A stretch of 64,000 bases of DNA, taken from Oscillospiraceae bacterium (GTDB lineage: Bacteria; Bacillota; Clostridia; Oscillospirales; Butyricicoccaceae). Shown here one piece after another: positions 25,779 to 34,364 of the stretch; the stretch's first letter is position 1, and each line of letters begins with the position of its first letter. Below the pieces are notes generated by a model. It had not been told where the DNA came from, made no database searches, and saw only the letters and a list, made by a program, of their open reading frames with translations. A program made the position numbers and the translations under genes. The stretch covers positions 134 through 64,133 of the forward strand of contig SVKW01000001.1 in the NCBI GenBank assembly GCA_015068285.1. The letters are read 5' to 3'.

Positions 25779-26690
25779 TTACAACTCAATCCCAAACAAT
25801 TCCAAAGCATCTTTACGGATAATCGCATCATATTCTTTACGATCAGTTATTCTGCATAAGTCGAGGGCATCCTTGAGCACAAGGGTGCCTTCTTCTTTTC
25901 TTTTTATGGCGCAGAGACCATAACCTTTATTTACGAGCAACTCGATAAGGCGAGTCAGACGGTTGACACGCATATGACGCTCGATGGCTTCGTCGGCTAT
26001 TTCATAACATTCCTTATAATAATCCAATCTGCCGAGAGCGCGCGAAAGATTATACTGGAACATGATAAGAAAGCGCGATATTTCCTCATCGCTGTCCACA
26101 TCCGGTCTGTTCTTAATATTTTCAACCAGCTTGCGGAAAATTTTTATTACCATTTCATAATCATCTTCTTCTGAATATGTATTGGCAAGCATACTGAGAA
26201 CATTGTATTCATCGCGGCTGAGGTGCATTTTCTCTATCGTATCAACAGAAAAATCCAGATGAACAAGGCTGATGGCATCGTTCAATATCTTTCTTGAGTT
26301 TTCTATATCCTTTTCAACATGCAGAGCATACACAGCCTGAGCACGCATTATCTGCTGCTCAAAATATTTGTTGTCGTCTGTATGCTGTCTGCTTTCTTCA
26401 ACGAGAGCAGGAAGCTTTTCAAACTCCCCTATGCGGATAGCATCTGCAATTTTATCGTGCAGAAGCATCTGCATATACTCATTGTAGGTCGGCTGGTTGA
26501 TATAGTAGCTGACAGGCAGGTCAAGCCTTGTCAGCAGGGCTTCTGCTATAAAGCGTGACGGCTTATGTCTGCCGTTTTCAATGCGGGAAAGAGTCTGGCG
26601 GGAGCAGATACCTTTGCATAAATCGTCTTGCGACATATCAAGCTCTCTGCGGCGGTCGATTATTATTTTTCCGAAATATGTGTTGTCCAT
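25779..26690 (-). CDS. XRE-HTH plus helical-repeat regulator, RRNPP (Rgg/PlcR)-like
   Basis: The N-terminal HTH (MSQDDLCKGICSRQTLSRIENGRHKPS) is followed by about 230 aa of helical, TPR-like sequence. Length (303 aa) and architecture fit peptide-sensing regulators. Confidence 0.7.
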   Translation of the reverse strand: MDNTYFGKIIIDRRRELDMSQDDLCKGICSRQTLSRIENGRHKPSRFIAEALLTRLDLPVSYYINQPTYNEYMQMLLHDKIADAIRIGEFEKLPALVEESRQHTDDNKYFEQQIMRAQAVYALHVEKDIENSRKILNDAISLVHLDFSVDTIEKMHLSRDEYNVLSMLANTYSEEDDYEMVIKIFRKLVENIKNRPDVDSDEEISRFLIMFQYNLSRALGRLDYYKECYEIADEAIERHMRVNRLTRLIELLVNKGYGLCAIKRKEEGTLVLKDALDLCRITDRKEYDAIIRKDALELFGIEL

Positions 26691-26765
26691 AGTTTGTCCC
26701 CCTTTCGTGGGTTATATCATTATTATAGCACAAAAGAAGATTTATTACAATTATCAGCTCAACTG

Positions 26766-26869
26766 ACAACCCCTCCACCATTCTGCGAATGGTCCCCCTC
26801 CCCGATAATGGGGTCCCCGGCAAGCCTGCTTGTTGGGGTGAAATCACAAGGGAGGCTAAGGGGAGGGCG
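26766..26869. repeat. Type B mosaic with nested hairpin
   Basis: acaacccctcc-accat-tctgcga-atggt-ccccctcccc ... ggggtccccggcaagc-ctgc-ttgttgggg ... gggaggct. Confidence 0.85.
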
Positions 26870-26995
26870 TAATATTTTGTAAATTTTTTTCATTTTTTCT
26901 CTTTTCATTTTCTCTATAATGTGATATACTTATTATGTTTCTATATGTTCATTTTTACATAGGGAACAATTTGGTTAAAAGAGAGGTATAAACCT

Positions 26996-28516
26996 ATGTC
27001 TAATGGGGGTAACAATGTCTCCGAGGCTGTAGTTGAAAAGAAGGGCGTTTCCGCCGTTGACTTTTTCTGTATCGGTTTCGGCGCTATCGTAGGTGTAGGA
27101 TGGGCGGTTTCCATCAACGGATGGATGACAAGCTGCGGCGGTCCTATTCCTGCAGCTCTGGGCTATCTTGCAGCTCTTATTCTTATGATTCCTGTAGCGC
27201 TCTGCTACTGTGAACTTGTTCCTATGCTTCCTGTCGCTGGCGGCGGTATGGCTTTCACATATCGCGCATTCAATGACGTGGTTGCAATTATAGACGGCTG
27301 GGCCACCTTTGGTGCCTTTGTCGCCATTATTCCGTGGGAAGCTATTCAGATCACTGACGTTTTAGGTTATCTCATCCCGAATATCAAGTCGGGCGAGCCA
27401 CTCTATAACGTAATGGGCTCTGATATCTATCTCATTTCCATCATTCTCGGCGTGTTCTTCTCGCTCATGCTCTTTGCTCTCAATATGCGTGGTCTTGAAG
27501 CTGCTGCCAAGGTACAGAAAGTTCTCTGCTTCGTTCTCGTAGGCTCGGCTATCATCGGCGCTGTTGCTTCCCTTATCGGCGGCTCCATGGATAACCTCCA
27601 GCCGATGTACGATGTATCCAATCCAAACATTTACGGCGAAGGCCTCAAGAAGGTTTCCCACAGCGGTATGATCGGTGGTATTCTTTCCATCCTTGCTTCC
27701 GCTCCGTTCTTCCTTGCAGGTTTTGAAACAATTCCACAGGGTGTTGAAGAAGCAGGCGGCGACGTTTCTTCTGTTGGTAAGACAGTTGTTCTCTCCGTTG
27801 TTCTCGCTTGTGTATTCTACGCATTCCTTCTCTTCGCATTCGGTACTTCATGGCCATGGCAGGAATTCGCCCTTATGGACGCTCCGGCCGCATCGACCAT
27901 GTTCAAGTCGCTCTATCCTGCTGAAATGTTCGGTCTCGGCATTTCCTTCGGTGAAATCCTTTACTGGTTCATCACAGTCGGCGCTATCGCTGGTCTTTTC
28001 ACAACATGGAACGGCTTCTTCATGGCTTCTGCTACAATGCTTATGAGTATGTCCCGTGGTAAGATTCTCCCTGAAGTATTCTCTCATCAGGACAAGCACG
28101 GCATTCCTGTTCCAGGTCTTCTCGTCTGCCTTGGTCTTTCCATCGCAGGTCCTTTCATGGGCTCCAATCTCGTTGACTCGCTGACTTGCTTCTCCTCCGC
28201 AGGCTTTATTCTTTCCTGGTGCCTCAACTCCTGGTCTCTTGTACGTCTCCGCTACACAGAGCCAGACCTCAAGCGCCCATATAGAATCCCCGGCGGTCTT
28301 GTAACAGGCTACTTTGCTGGATTTATCACAACACTCATTATGGTTCTTATGTTCATCCCAATGAGCCCATTCTTCATCGGCGACCTCGCTGTTAAGATGT
28401 TCTTCGCATGGATGGCAGTCGGTATGGTTCTTTACTTCTCCTGCTACGGCAGACGTAAGGGTCTCACACTTGAAGAAAAGCGCGCTGACATCTTCGCTAA
28501 GATGAACGAGAAGTAG
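26996..28516 (+). CDS. APC-family amino acid permease
   Basis: 506-aa polytopic membrane protein with an APC-like N-terminus ...DFFCIGFGAIVGVGW... Confidence 0.85.
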   Translation: MSNGGNNVSEAVVEKKGVSAVDFFCIGFGAIVGVGWAVSINGWMTSCGGPIPAALGYLAALILMIPVALCYCELVPMLPVAGGGMAFTYRAFNDVVAIIDGWATFGAFVAIIPWEAIQITDVLGYLIPNIKSGEPLYNVMGSDIYLISIILGVFFSLMLFALNMRGLEAAAKVQKVLCFVLVGSAIIGAVASLIGGSMDNLQPMYDVSNPNIYGEGLKKVSHSGMIGGILSILASAPFFLAGFETIPQGVEEAGGDVSSVGKTVVLSVVLACVFYAFLLFAFGTSWPWQEFALMDAPAASTMFKSLYPAEMFGLGISFGEILYWFITVGAIAGLFTTWNGFFMASATMLMSMSRGKILPEVFSHQDKHGIPVPGLLVCLGLSIAGPFMGSNLVDSLTCFSSAGFILSWCLNSWSLVRLRYTEPDLKRPYRIPGGLVTGYFAGFITTLIMVLMFIPMSPFFIGDLAVKMFFAWMAVGMVLYFSCYGRRKGLTLEEKRADIFAKMNEK

Positions 28517-28544
28517 GGCAATCGCCTGACAAATCAAAATAATA

Positions 28545-28574
28545 AGTGCCTGTCTGTTTCGGCAGGCACTTTTA
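28545..28574 (+). terminator. Terminator after the permease
   Basis: agtgcctg-tctgtttcgg-caggcact followed by TTTT. Confidence 0.65.
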
Positions 28575-28597
28575 CAATTTATCTACGGAGTATAATT

Positions 28598-29002
28598 ATG
28601 GATAACAAAGCAGTTTTAACCGAAATCGTCCCGACAAATGCCATATTGATGGAGCTTTTCACATACGCTCTTTTCAGTCTTGTGCTGATTTTGCTGATGG
28701 ACTGGTATGCGGCGAAGAAAATCGGCGGCAGGGACAAGATGGGCTATAAGGTGCTCAGTATGCCGCGGCATATTTCCCTCTATCTCATCTATGGCTTCAC
28801 ATTGGTGATTGCTCTGCTTTGTATGTATACCGATTTTACTGTGACACGCGGCACCCTTTCCTATTTCGGTATTCCCTATTTTATGGGGCTGACATATTAT
28901 CTTATGCAGATGCTCAGACGTGTAAAATCCGAAACAAAAGGCGGAAATCAGCCGCAAACAGCAGTTAAAAATACTCCAAAAAAGAAAAAGAAGAAGAAAT
29001 AA
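28598..29002 (+). CDS. Hypothetical small membrane protein with a poly-Lys tail
   Basis: 134 aa with three or four hydrophobic segments and the C-terminus ...TPKKKKKKK. GGAG RBS. Confidence 0.5.
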   Translation: MDNKAVLTEIVPTNAILMELFTYALFSLVLILLMDWYAAKKIGGRDKMGYKVLSMPRHISLYLIYGFTLVIALLCMYTDFTVTRGTLSYFGIPYFMGLTYYLMQMLRRVKSETKGGNQPQTAVKNTPKKKKKKK

Positions 29003-29116
29003 AGCTTTTTCTTGGCAGGTCGTCATAAATGCCGTCCCCTACAGTATAAGTATGAATAAAAAATTAAAGCCACTCGTCTGAGTGGCTTTTGTTATATATG
29101 CAGTGTGGTTTTATAA

Positions 29117-29167
29117 GGACTGATGCCCGCATCAGTCCACGGGACGTCGAGGGCGCCGTCCCCTACA
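29117..29167. repeat. Hairpin modules including a GTAG-tailed hairpin
   Basis: ggactgatg-cccg-catcagtcc, then gggacg-tcgagggcgc-cgtccc-CTACA, which is identical to 17154-17180. Confidence 0.85.
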
Positions 29168-29193
29168 TTGGCATCTGCAAATCGAAATGGTCG

Positions 29194-30036
29194 CTACTTC
29201 AATACGCTCTGGATTGCGATGCAGCCCGGGCCGCCCTGTGTGATGAATGCAGGAGTGAGAAGCACGATTTCGATTTCTGTATTTGGGAAGTGCTTCATAA
29301 GCTCAGCCTTTGCGATTTCAGCGCGCTTCATATTATCTGCGTGGCTGATTGTGATGAGATAATTTTCATCTGTGCCGTCCTTCCTGAGCTCAGGAATGAT
29401 GATGTCATTGAGCGCCTTCTGGAAGTTACGCACGAGGCCTGCCTTGATAAGGCGTGTGCAGTCTTCATTAAGTGTCATAACAGGCACAAGCTTGAGGGCG
29501 CCGCCGATGTAAGAAGCGAGAGGAGCAAGGCGTCCGCCGCGGCGGAGGAAGTCGAAGTCCTCAGGAATGAGGAAGGAAAGACCGTTTTCGATGCACTTGT
29601 TGACAGCGGCGATGATTTCGTCCTTTGTGCAGCCGTCTTCAACCATCTTCTGAGCCTTCTGCACCATATATTTATGAGGACCGCAGAGAGTCTTTGAATT
29701 GATAACTGTTATATTTTCTTTATTTTTGGACATTTCAGCGGCAGAGCAAGCCGACTGATATGTGCCGGAAAGACCGTGAGCCATTGCGATGTTGATAATA
29801 TCGTCATTTTTGTCAGCCGCGTCAAAGAGGGCGAGAATATCGCCGATTGCAGGCTGGGAGCTTGTTGGGATATGACCTTCACGGACGATATTTATAAAGT
29901 CCATAGAGCTGATTTCGTCCAGCTCCTTATATGTTGCACCGTTTACTGTAACAGTGAGGGGCGCGACCTGAAAACCCTTCTTTACAGCGTCAGCACTTGC
30001 TGTGAGAGTTGATGTATCAGCTATGATTTTAATCAT
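29194..30036 (-). CDS. DegV-family fatty-acid-binding protein
   Basis: MIKIIADTSTL...PTSSQPAIGD... DegV signature. ATG at 30034-30036 after AAAGAGGA. Confidence 0.88.
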   Translation of the reverse strand: MIKIIADTSTLTASADAVKKGFQVAPLTVTVNGATYKELDEISSMDFINIVREGHIPTSSQPAIGDILALFDAADKNDDIINIAMAHGLSGTYQSACSAAEMSKNKENITVINSKTLCGPHKYMVQKAQKMVEDGCTKDEIIAAVNKCIENGLSFLIPEDFDFLRRGGRLAPLASYIGGALKLVPVMTLNEDCTRLIKAGLVRNFQKALNDIIIPELRKDGTDENYLITISHADNMKRAEIAKAELMKHFPNTEIEIVLLTPAFITQGGPGCIAIQSVLK

Positions 30037-30315
30037 GGAAAAATCCTCTTTCAATATAATTAAGGCATACTGCCACTATAATCTATTACTGATAATATCA
30101 TATTATGTCGTATTTTGCAACTGTTTTTTCAGATTTTAACATATAATTTTCAATATTAGATGTAAAAATGTAACACAACATATTTTCTGTCCAAAAATAA
30201 AACGGCCGTTTGCAGTAAAACGACCGTTTTTTGCGTATTATAATATTACACGATAAATCTTATATGATTCCTGCAACCTTATAAACTCGAACAAAGCCTG
30301 CTTTGTTCGATATGC

Positions 30316-31686
30316 TTACAGCGCTTCCCTCTTGAAAATCTTCTTCTTTCTGAAGTATGTGGATGACATAAGGAAGCGGCAGACGATATCGATTGACATG
30401 GAAATCCATACATAATGGATTGTTGTGCCAGGAACGAGATATGTAAATACATAAGTGAGCACAACTCTGATGCCCCAGAGACAGATAACGGAGATATACA
30501 TAGGTGGCTTTGTGAGGCCTGCGCCCTTGAGCGCGCCTGTGATAACGCCGTGGAGATTCTGTGGGATGAGAGTACATGCTGTGATGATGAGGTAAATCGA
30601 GCCGAGGTCGATGATTTCCTGAGATGGTGTGAGAATGCCCATGAGGAACTTTCTGAATACCACCATAATCACCATAACTGTTGTTGTGATAATCGCCATG
30701 TACTTTGCAATGCGCTTGAAGTATTTGTGGCCGCTTTCAAGGTCTTTCGCGCCGAAGCAGCGACCGACAAGGGATGTTGTTGCGATACCGAAGCCCATTG
30801 TAGGCATATATGAGATACTTTCTGCCTGCATAGCAAGCTGATGAGATGCATAAGGAATATCGCCGTAGCTGATGATAGGCTTCATCATAGCGAGAGAGCC
30901 GAGCTGCCATACCATATTTTCAAATGCCGATGGAAGGCTGATTTTGTAGAGGTACTTGAGCTGAGCCACTGTGTTGGATACCGACTTTGTAAGCTCGCGG
31001 AACATATTTGTTATAATCTGCTTTTTGAGCATTATACCGATGCACAATACACACATAAGTACCTGTGAGATGACTGTTGCCCAGGCTGCGCCGTAAAGAC
31101 CGAAAGCAGGAACGCCGAAGCCGCCGAAAATGAGAAGGTAGCCAAGACCGATGTTTACGATGTTGTAGATGACCGAAACTGTCATCGGAGTCTTTGCGTC
31201 GCCGAAGCCCTGAAGCACGCTGGCATTACACAGCATAACTGTCCAGAACGGGAGACCGATGCAGATTATGCGCATATAGTCGATCGACTGCACCATTGTT
31301 TCCTCACTGCCGCCGAAGAATCTTACGATAGGCTCAGCAAAGAGCGCAATAAGACCTGAGAAGAAAACAACTATGCAGATAAGCGAAAGCATACCGACTA
31401 TTGAGGTTATCTTGAGATTTTCTGTCTTTTTCGCGCCTACATCACGGGCAACGCAGACTGTGATACCTACGCCCATACCCTTGACGAAAGACCACAGGAG
31501 CTGTGTCATACGCTGACCGATACCGACAGCATTGACAGCAAGCACGTCAACACGGCCAAGAAAGGCCATAAGCACTGTCGAGGAGATCATCTGCAGAATG
31601 CCCTCGATGGATACAGGAATTATCATTGACAGCACATTTTTTCTTATTTCGCTGTCGGATACTATTTCCCTTGGTTTAGTTTCCAT
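30316..31686 (-). CDS. MATE-family efflux transporter
   Basis: About 456-aa, 12-TM protein with MATE-like repeats. ATG at 31684-31686 after GGAGGG. Confidence 0.85.
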   Translation of the reverse strand: METKPREIVSDSEIRKNVLSMIIPVSIEGILQMISSTVLMAFLGRVDVLAVNAVGIGQRMTQLLWSFVKGMGVGITVCVARDVGAKKTENLKITSIVGMLSLICIVVFFSGLIALFAEPIVRFFGGSEETMVQSIDYMRIICIGLPFWTVMLCNASVLQGFGDAKTPMTVSVIYNIVNIGLGYLLIFGGFGVPAFGLYGAAWATVISQVLMCVLCIGIMLKKQIITNMFRELTKSVSNTVAQLKYLYKISLPSAFENMVWQLGSLAMMKPIISYGDIPYASHQLAMQAESISYMPTMGFGIATTSLVGRCFGAKDLESGHKYFKRIAKYMAIITTTVMVIMVVFRKFLMGILTPSQEIIDLGSIYLIITACTLIPQNLHGVITGALKGAGLTKPPMYISVICLWGIRVVLTYVFTYLVPGTTIHYVWISMSIDIVCRFLMSSTYFRKKKIFKREAL

Positions 31687-31821
31687 AAAACCCTCCATAA
31701 ATTTTTATTTGGTTATATTGTACCAAATTACAGCACATTTTGCAATAGGAATGTAATATAATATTTTATACAGATTTAATAAACGACAGCTCACACCTGC
31801 TGTCTGCGCGGAGCGACTGTA

Positions 31822-32604
31822 ATGACCATAATTTACATAGATATTCTGTATATAATCAACAGCATTACGACATACATACTGCTCGACATATCGTCAAAGC
31901 TTTCGGGGGCATTTTTAAGGCGGAAATGCCATATCGTGGCATCGCTTTTGTCGGGGCTTATGGGAGTTATCGCCTTTTTCGCCCCATCGGGGGTGTTTAT
32001 CGGCATTTTTACAAGGATTTTTATATGTATCACTATAGTCTCGGCGGCTTTCAAGCCGGACATACACGATTTACTGCGGCTTTGCGGCATATTTTTCATC
32101 ACAAGCCTGTGTATGGGCGGCATTGTGATGCTCCTTTCCATGGGCAGCGTTTCGGCAAACGGGCTGATATATTTTAATATGACAGGGGCAAAATTATTCA
32201 CGGGATTTTTCATCGGCTACATAGTTTTTAACACCATAATGGGGCGGCGGGCAATGGCAAAGGAGAGCAAAATCGTAACTGTCGAGGCGTTTTTCGGGGA
32301 AAAATGCCTTAAATTTTCCGCTATGGCAGATACGGGAAATCTTCTGCGTGAGCCTGTGACAGGAATGTCCGTGATTCTTGTTTCGCCTGAAATACTGGAC
32401 GAAAACGAAATAAAAAGCCGCTGTTATCCTGTGCCTATGGGCACGGCAAGCGACAATTTCAGCCTTATTTATGCTTATAAGCCTGATATACTTATGATAA
32501 ACGGCAAAAGGAGGGATGAGTATATGGTGGGTAAATCGGCATGCGCCATAAGAGGAGTCGGGCAGACACGGGGAATTATAGGAGGTAATGTATGGGATTT
32601 ATAG
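31822..32604 (+). CDS. spoIIGA: Sigma-E processing aspartic protease SpoIIGA
   Basis: An N-terminal membrane domain plus ...MADTGNLLREPVTGMSVILV (DTGN active site). Immediately upstream of and overlapping sigE. Confidence 0.88.
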   Translation: MTIIYIDILYIINSITTYILLDISSKLSGAFLRRKCHIVASLLSGLMGVIAFFAPSGVFIGIFTRIFICITIVSAAFKPDIHDLLRLCGIFFITSLCMGGIVMLLSMGSVSANGLIYFNMTGAKLFTGFFIGYIVFNTIMGRRAMAKESKIVTVEAFFGEKCLKFSAMADTGNLLREPVTGMSVILVSPEILDENEIKSRCYPVPMGTASDNFSLIYAYKPDILMINGKRRDEYMVGKSACAIRGVGQTRGIIGGNVWDL

Positions 32605-33296
32605 AAAAGATTTTAAAATTGCTGAAGCGATTTTTCAACAGCGAGGATGGGGTATATTACATTGGCGGAAGCGAAAGCCTGCCTCCGCCCCTTTCGCCCG
32701 ACGAGGAGGCGAGGTACATAAGCGTTTATGACGGCACTCAGGAGGACATAAGGCAGATTTTAATTGAGCATAATCTCCGCCTTGTGGTGTATATTGCCCG
32801 AAAATTTGAAAGCACGGGCATCAATCTTGAAGACCTGATTTCGATAGGTACGATAGGACTTATCAAGGCTGTCAACACATATCGAAGCGATAAAAACACA
32901 AAACTTGCCACCTATGCATCGCGGTGTATTGAAAATGAGATTTTAATGTACCTCCGCAGGACGAGCAACTCACGGACAGAAATTTCGATAGACGAGCCGC
33001 TGACGACAGACGGCGAAGGGGGCGAGCTTTCACTTTCCGATGTGCTTGGCACCGAGCCTGACAGCGTAAGCCGCCCTCTTGAGGATATGACCGACAGGGA
33101 AATTCTCCATGCTTCTCTTGAAACCCTCTCTCCCCGCGAGCGTGAGATAATCTGTATGCGATATGGGCTTGACGGCAGTGACGGGCTGACGCAGAAGGAG
33201 GTTGCCGAAAAGCTGGGCATAAGCCAGTCGTATATCTCCCGCCTTGAAAAGAAAATCATCACACGCCTGCGCAGGGATATGCAGAAGGTGATGTAG
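32592..33296 (+). CDS. sigE: Sporulation sigma factor SigE (pro-sigma-E)
   Basis: ...YYIGGSESLPPPLSPDEE... pro-sequence junction with sigma-70 regions 2-4. Confidence 0.92.
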   Translation: MGFIEKILKLLKRFFNSEDGVYYIGGSESLPPPLSPDEEARYISVYDGTQEDIRQILIEHNLRLVVYIARKFESTGINLEDLISIGTIGLIKAVNTYRSDKNTKLATYASRCIENEILMYLRRTSNSRTEISIDEPLTTDGEGGELSLSDVLGTEPDSVSRPLEDMTDREILHASLETLSPREREIICMRYGLDGSDGLTQKEVAEKLGISQSYISRLEKKIITRLRRDMQKVM

Positions 33297-33524
33297 TATA
33301 GCTCCCTTCGGTCGCAGTTAAATCGCCTTCGGCAATGAAATTACTATCGTAGTGAAATATTCGCCCTGTGAATGCTAAAGTGCCTGCGGCGCATTGAATA
33401 GGCGGAATGTCGAGGGCGCCATTCCCTACAGAATACTTCATCGGTCAGCTTTGCTGACACCTTCCCAAATGTGGTATGAAACCCGCCCTTACAATATAAA
33501 AGCCACTCGATTTGAGTGGCTTTT
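33297..33524. repeat. Array of short hairpins separated by AT-rich 7-8-mers, with a GTAG-tailed hairpin and a terminator-like hairpin
   Basis: Contains gcc-ttcg-ggc, acta-tcg-tagt, gtgcc-tgc-ggcgc, ggaatg-tcgagggcgc-cattcc-CTACA (33404-33430), gtcagc-tttg-ctgac and aaagccactcgatttgagtggctttt. Confidence 0.85.
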
Positions 33525-33527
33525 GGT

Positions 33528-33914
33528 TTATTCTGCATCTTTAAAGGTTGGAGTGAACTTTTCACCGCATTTCTGGCAGGTTTGTGTGCCTAAAAATCCG
33601 TCGGCAGGCGAAATTGAAATCTTGTGAGTATCCATCGACTTGTTGCAGTAAGGGCATTTGATTATGATATTCCATTTATCCATCAGGTGCAGATAAATTC
33701 CGTAGAAAATCGCGGTCAGTATGCCGCCGACAGCCAGCATGAAATAGTAAAATCCATTGCCGATATTGCTCATTTTTCTGCCGCCGATATTGATTCCGAA
33801 ATCGCCGACACCGGTTGCAATCAGGAGCACCATACATACGATGTATATGGTGAAAAGAGTCTGGACAATATTGCTTTTGTGCTCGATTTCCTTTAACGTG
33901 TAACGTCTTTTCAT
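33528..33914 (-). CDS. Hypothetical membrane protein with a C-terminal zinc-ribbon
   Basis: Two or three TM segments, then CPYCNKS...CQKCGEKF. ATG at 33912-33914 after AGGAGG. Confidence 0.55.
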   Translation of the reverse strand: MKRRYTLKEIEHKSNIVQTLFTIYIVCMVLLIATGVGDFGINIGGRKMSNIGNGFYYFMLAVGGILTAIFYGIYLHLMDKWNIIIKCPYCNKSMDTHKISISPADGFLGTQTCQKCGEKFTPTFKDAE

Positions 33915-33994
33915 ACTGCACCTCCTGTTATTTAATGTTTTCATTATACATTATAAACACACATAAGTCAAGATTTATATATATGTATAAAAAA

Positions 33995-34205
33995 GCCTTC
34001 CCCTTGAGGGTAGTGAAACGGCGACCGCGGTGTTGAATTACAGCCCGGTGGGCTGTAAGACCCGCGGCGTGACCGAGCCGCAGCGAGACAGGTGTCAGCG
34101 AAGCTGACGGATGAGGTGTAGCCGCGTGGCGGCGTTTATTTAATATGACTTCGTCACCACCTCATCAGCCTCGGTAAACTCGGCAGCTTCCCCTCAAGGG
34201 GAAGC
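33995..34205. repeat. REP/BIME-like mosaic (reverse orientation relative to most copies)
   Basis: Contains aggtgtcagcgaagctgacggatgaggtgt, the reverse complement of the acacctcatcc+hairpin module. Also has nested hairpins (acagccc-ggt-gggctgt) and a terminal cttcccc-tcaa-ggggaag. Confidence 0.85.
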
Positions 34206-34220
34206 CGCAAAGAGCATATT

Positions 34221-34364
34221 TTACTTTTTCTTTCCGCAGTTGCAGGCATTAGGGCAGCCTGCGCAGCCGCCTTCGCACACGCCGTTTTTCTTGATGTGCT
34301 TTACAGCGCGAATCATCAGCAGCGCGATTATGCCGACCACGAGAATATTTGCAAAAAGTTCCAT
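34221..34364 (-). CDS. FeoB-associated Cys-rich membrane protein (47 aa; absent from the ORF track)
   Basis: Hand translation: MELFANILVVGIIALLMIRAVKHIKKNGVCEGGCAGCPNACNCGKKK. The ATG overlaps the feoB stop (TAATG). Confidence 0.8.
   Translation of the reverse strand: MELFANILVVGIIALLMIRAVKHIKKNGVCEGGCAGCPNACNCGKKK

Noticed and set aside
26628-26882. Small Pro/Gly/Ser-rich ORFs over intergenic repeats. Also 17-259, 33259-33627, 40630-40897, 47529-48082, 49418-49678 and 51422-51752.
   Set aside because: They are read-through translations of the hairpin mosaics. The same peptide words recur wherever the repeat recurs, in any frame and orientation. They lack RBSs and cross terminators.
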